Position numbers and translations under genes: made by a program
Notes under the pieces: model-generated
What the model was told of the DNA's origin: nothing
Seen by the model: only the letters and a program-made list of their open reading frames with translations
Database searches by the model: none
Shown: one piece after another, positions 62,010-64,000 of the stretch
How the letters are laid out: each line of letters opens with the position of its first letter
Position numbering within the stretch: the stretch's first letter is position 1
Assembly (NCBI GenBank): GCA_964016885.1
Contig: OZ024743.1
Span: 343,666,001-343,730,000, forward strand
Source of the DNA: Eledone cirrhosa
Taxonomy: Eukaryota
Direction of reading: 5' to 3'
DNA length: 64,000 nt

Positions 62010-62283
62010 AGTGAAGGACCCATAGCCTTTATCAGGGCATTCTTCTAGGAGAAGGCAACGCCAACATAAAACCTGCGGCTCAGTAGTTACCGATGATGTT
62101 GATCTTTTCTTCTTTTCGGGTTATAGCTATTGTCGCTCAGAGAGTGGGATTGGCTCAGTGCACAGTCTTTCCTCACTTTAAAAAAATCTTCACACACAGG
62201 CATTGCATGATAGCATTAATTGATAATTATTAATAATGTTATATCGTGCAATGGCCATATTCGATAAAGAGGGGGCAGCCATC
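62010..62283 (+). mobile_element. Diverged, internally deleted copy of the (ATGT)n-tailed retroposon
   Basis: ttctaggagaaggcaa, gatgttga, agagtgggattggct, ends ggcagccatc(atgt)n; (ATGT)n on both sides. Confidence 0.7.
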
Positions 62284-62365
62284 ATGTATGTATGTGAGTA
62301 TGCATTTATGTATGTATGTATGTATGTATGTATGTATGTATGTATGTATGTATGTATGTATGTAT

Positions 62366-63325
62366 CTCCAAGCGCTCACTGCCCTTTACCAATCGGACTT
62401 TGCGATCGGCGGAAACTCTGCCTTAGTTTTCTATAGAAGGTTAGTGGAGGGCAAGAGCGAAGACGTCCTTGGGGAAACTCTGGGTGTCCACGAAAGCCAA
62501 CTAGCTATTATCTTCCGGATTACTTTCGGTCCAGGGCCAATGGATAACTTCCAGATATCCCTGGCCTAGCAGTGCTACCGGAGTGCATTGCCAGTTCGAG
62601 ATGAACTTTACAGGCATGGAAGCACCGTCAGCCGGGTCTGTCCGAGATGCGTGCTGGGTGACGTGACCGTCCTGCACGCATTCGTCCAGTGTCCGAGTAT
62701 CGCTGACTTATGGATTTATGGACTTATGGATTTATGGACTTATGGATTTATGTCTTGTGTAGGACGGATCCGGCTATCAACTGAGTCCATCATGAAGATT
62801 GCACCACCGCTCTTCTTTAACCAGGAAGGGCAGGCAGCTTTTATCTGCCTGGTGGTCACGGTGGAAGAGGTCGTATGGTGGACGCGTCTGAAAGGGTTGA
62901 AAACGGGCACACTCTCCTCTTCGGCGACGCTCTCATTAACTTTTTAAAGTTTCACCTGAAAAGGAAAATCAGGGTGGAGAGGGAAGTGCTGACCGCCAGC
63001 CAGTTTGTTGAAAGGTGGGTGAGAGAGGCAAGAATGATCCGCATGAATGGGTCTAACCTGAGCGTGTGCCTGTAGTATTGAAGGAAGACTGGGAGTGGGC
63101 GTTTGCCCTATCGATCAAGGTGACTGTGGCTTTTGAGGGCTTTCTCCATAAGTAATCCTTGGAAACTCCTCACTTTTTGGAAATTTGTTATGTTTATTTT
63201 ATGTTTATTTTCTTAATCTGTTCTAAATTCTATTTTACTAAAAAAACCCACACTGTACCGCCCTGTACCGTCTTTAATGTATCCTTAGTGTGAGCCCTTG
63301 GTGACTAACAAAGAAAGCATTATTT
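62366..63325 (+). mobile_element. Old 5'-truncated, decayed relative of the Tx1-like family
   Basis: LQALTALYQS...FGPGPMDNFQISLA*...ERWVREARM; 3' end cccttggtgactaacaaagaaagcattatt; 16-bp triplication at ~62705-62752. Confidence 0.9.
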
Positions 63326-63569
63326 TATATATTTTTACCAAGAGTGAGAGAGTCGGTTTCTAACATAGAAACAAAAATCCTTCATTGGAATTTAGACATC
63401 AGGTAAATATTTTTACGGTTCCATTAATGGTTTAATGGATTGTACATCAACTTCCTAACTAGCTGTGCCCTTTCGGGTTCTATAAACATGTGGGACATAT
63501 AAAGGAAAGAAAACTCGGAAGAGAGAAGCACATGGACAATTTACGCTAATCTGGGGATCATTATATTGT

Positions 63570-63639
63570 GTCGTTAAGTATGAACTTTATAGAAATTTGT
63601 AGAAAAATTTTTTTTTCTACAAATTTCATACTTGACGAC
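63570..63639. repeat. Short AT-rich inverted repeat
   Basis: gtcgttaagtatgaa...gaaatttgtagaaaaa / tttttctacaaatttcatacttgacgac. Confidence 0.7.
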
Positions 63640-64000
63640 CTAATAGTTTCAGAAGCTTCAAAAAACAGCCTGACTATTTCCCCCCTGTGTATCAATAGTG
63701 CCTAAAGGAAGATAGCTATTGGGGATGCAAACACAACGGACGTCGGACAAGTAGACAAAACTGATAGATAGACAGATATATATATATATGGATGAACGGA
63801 TTGTGAGTGAATGAGTAAGATAGAGTGAGACGCTTTGAAAAAGGACGAATGCATTAGAGTCTGTAGTCCTTGATTTACAAAAATACGGGTGATCTCGATT
63901 TGAATCCTCAACATCAGTGATTTTCAACCTTTCTTCTGTCATTTGAACCCTCGACTCGATATATATATATGAAGGCGTGTGGCGGAGTGGTTAGAGAATT

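Overview
Repeat-saturated animal DNA with no recognisable host gene. The SINE types and dense (CA)n/(TA)n/(TACA)n/(ATT)n tracts suggest a cephalopod such as Octopus, which is an inference. The dominant feature is four near-identical, full-length (~6.03 kb) two-ORF Tx1/L1-type non-LTR retrotransposons. Each starts at the same base directly after an (ATT)n tract and ends in its own (ATT)n tail. Three form a head-to-tail array (37946-56131) seeded on the tail of an older relative, and one sits in the (AAT)n tail of an opposite-strand R4-like element. The ORF1/ORF2 spacer looks like a 53-nt GT-AG intron whose removal would fuse the two ORFs in frame, and the 5' UTR is a chain of hairpins. Also present: a decayed Gypsy LTR element with both LTRs, PBS and PPT; two R4-like RLE LINEs; a (ATGT)n-tailed non-autonomous element; CRE-, HERO- and RTE-like fragments; Penelope-type remnants with hammerhead ribozyme cores; several MITE-like inverted repeats; SINEs; and a 2.8-kb GT-rich satellite. 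All calls were made by eye, without database searches.
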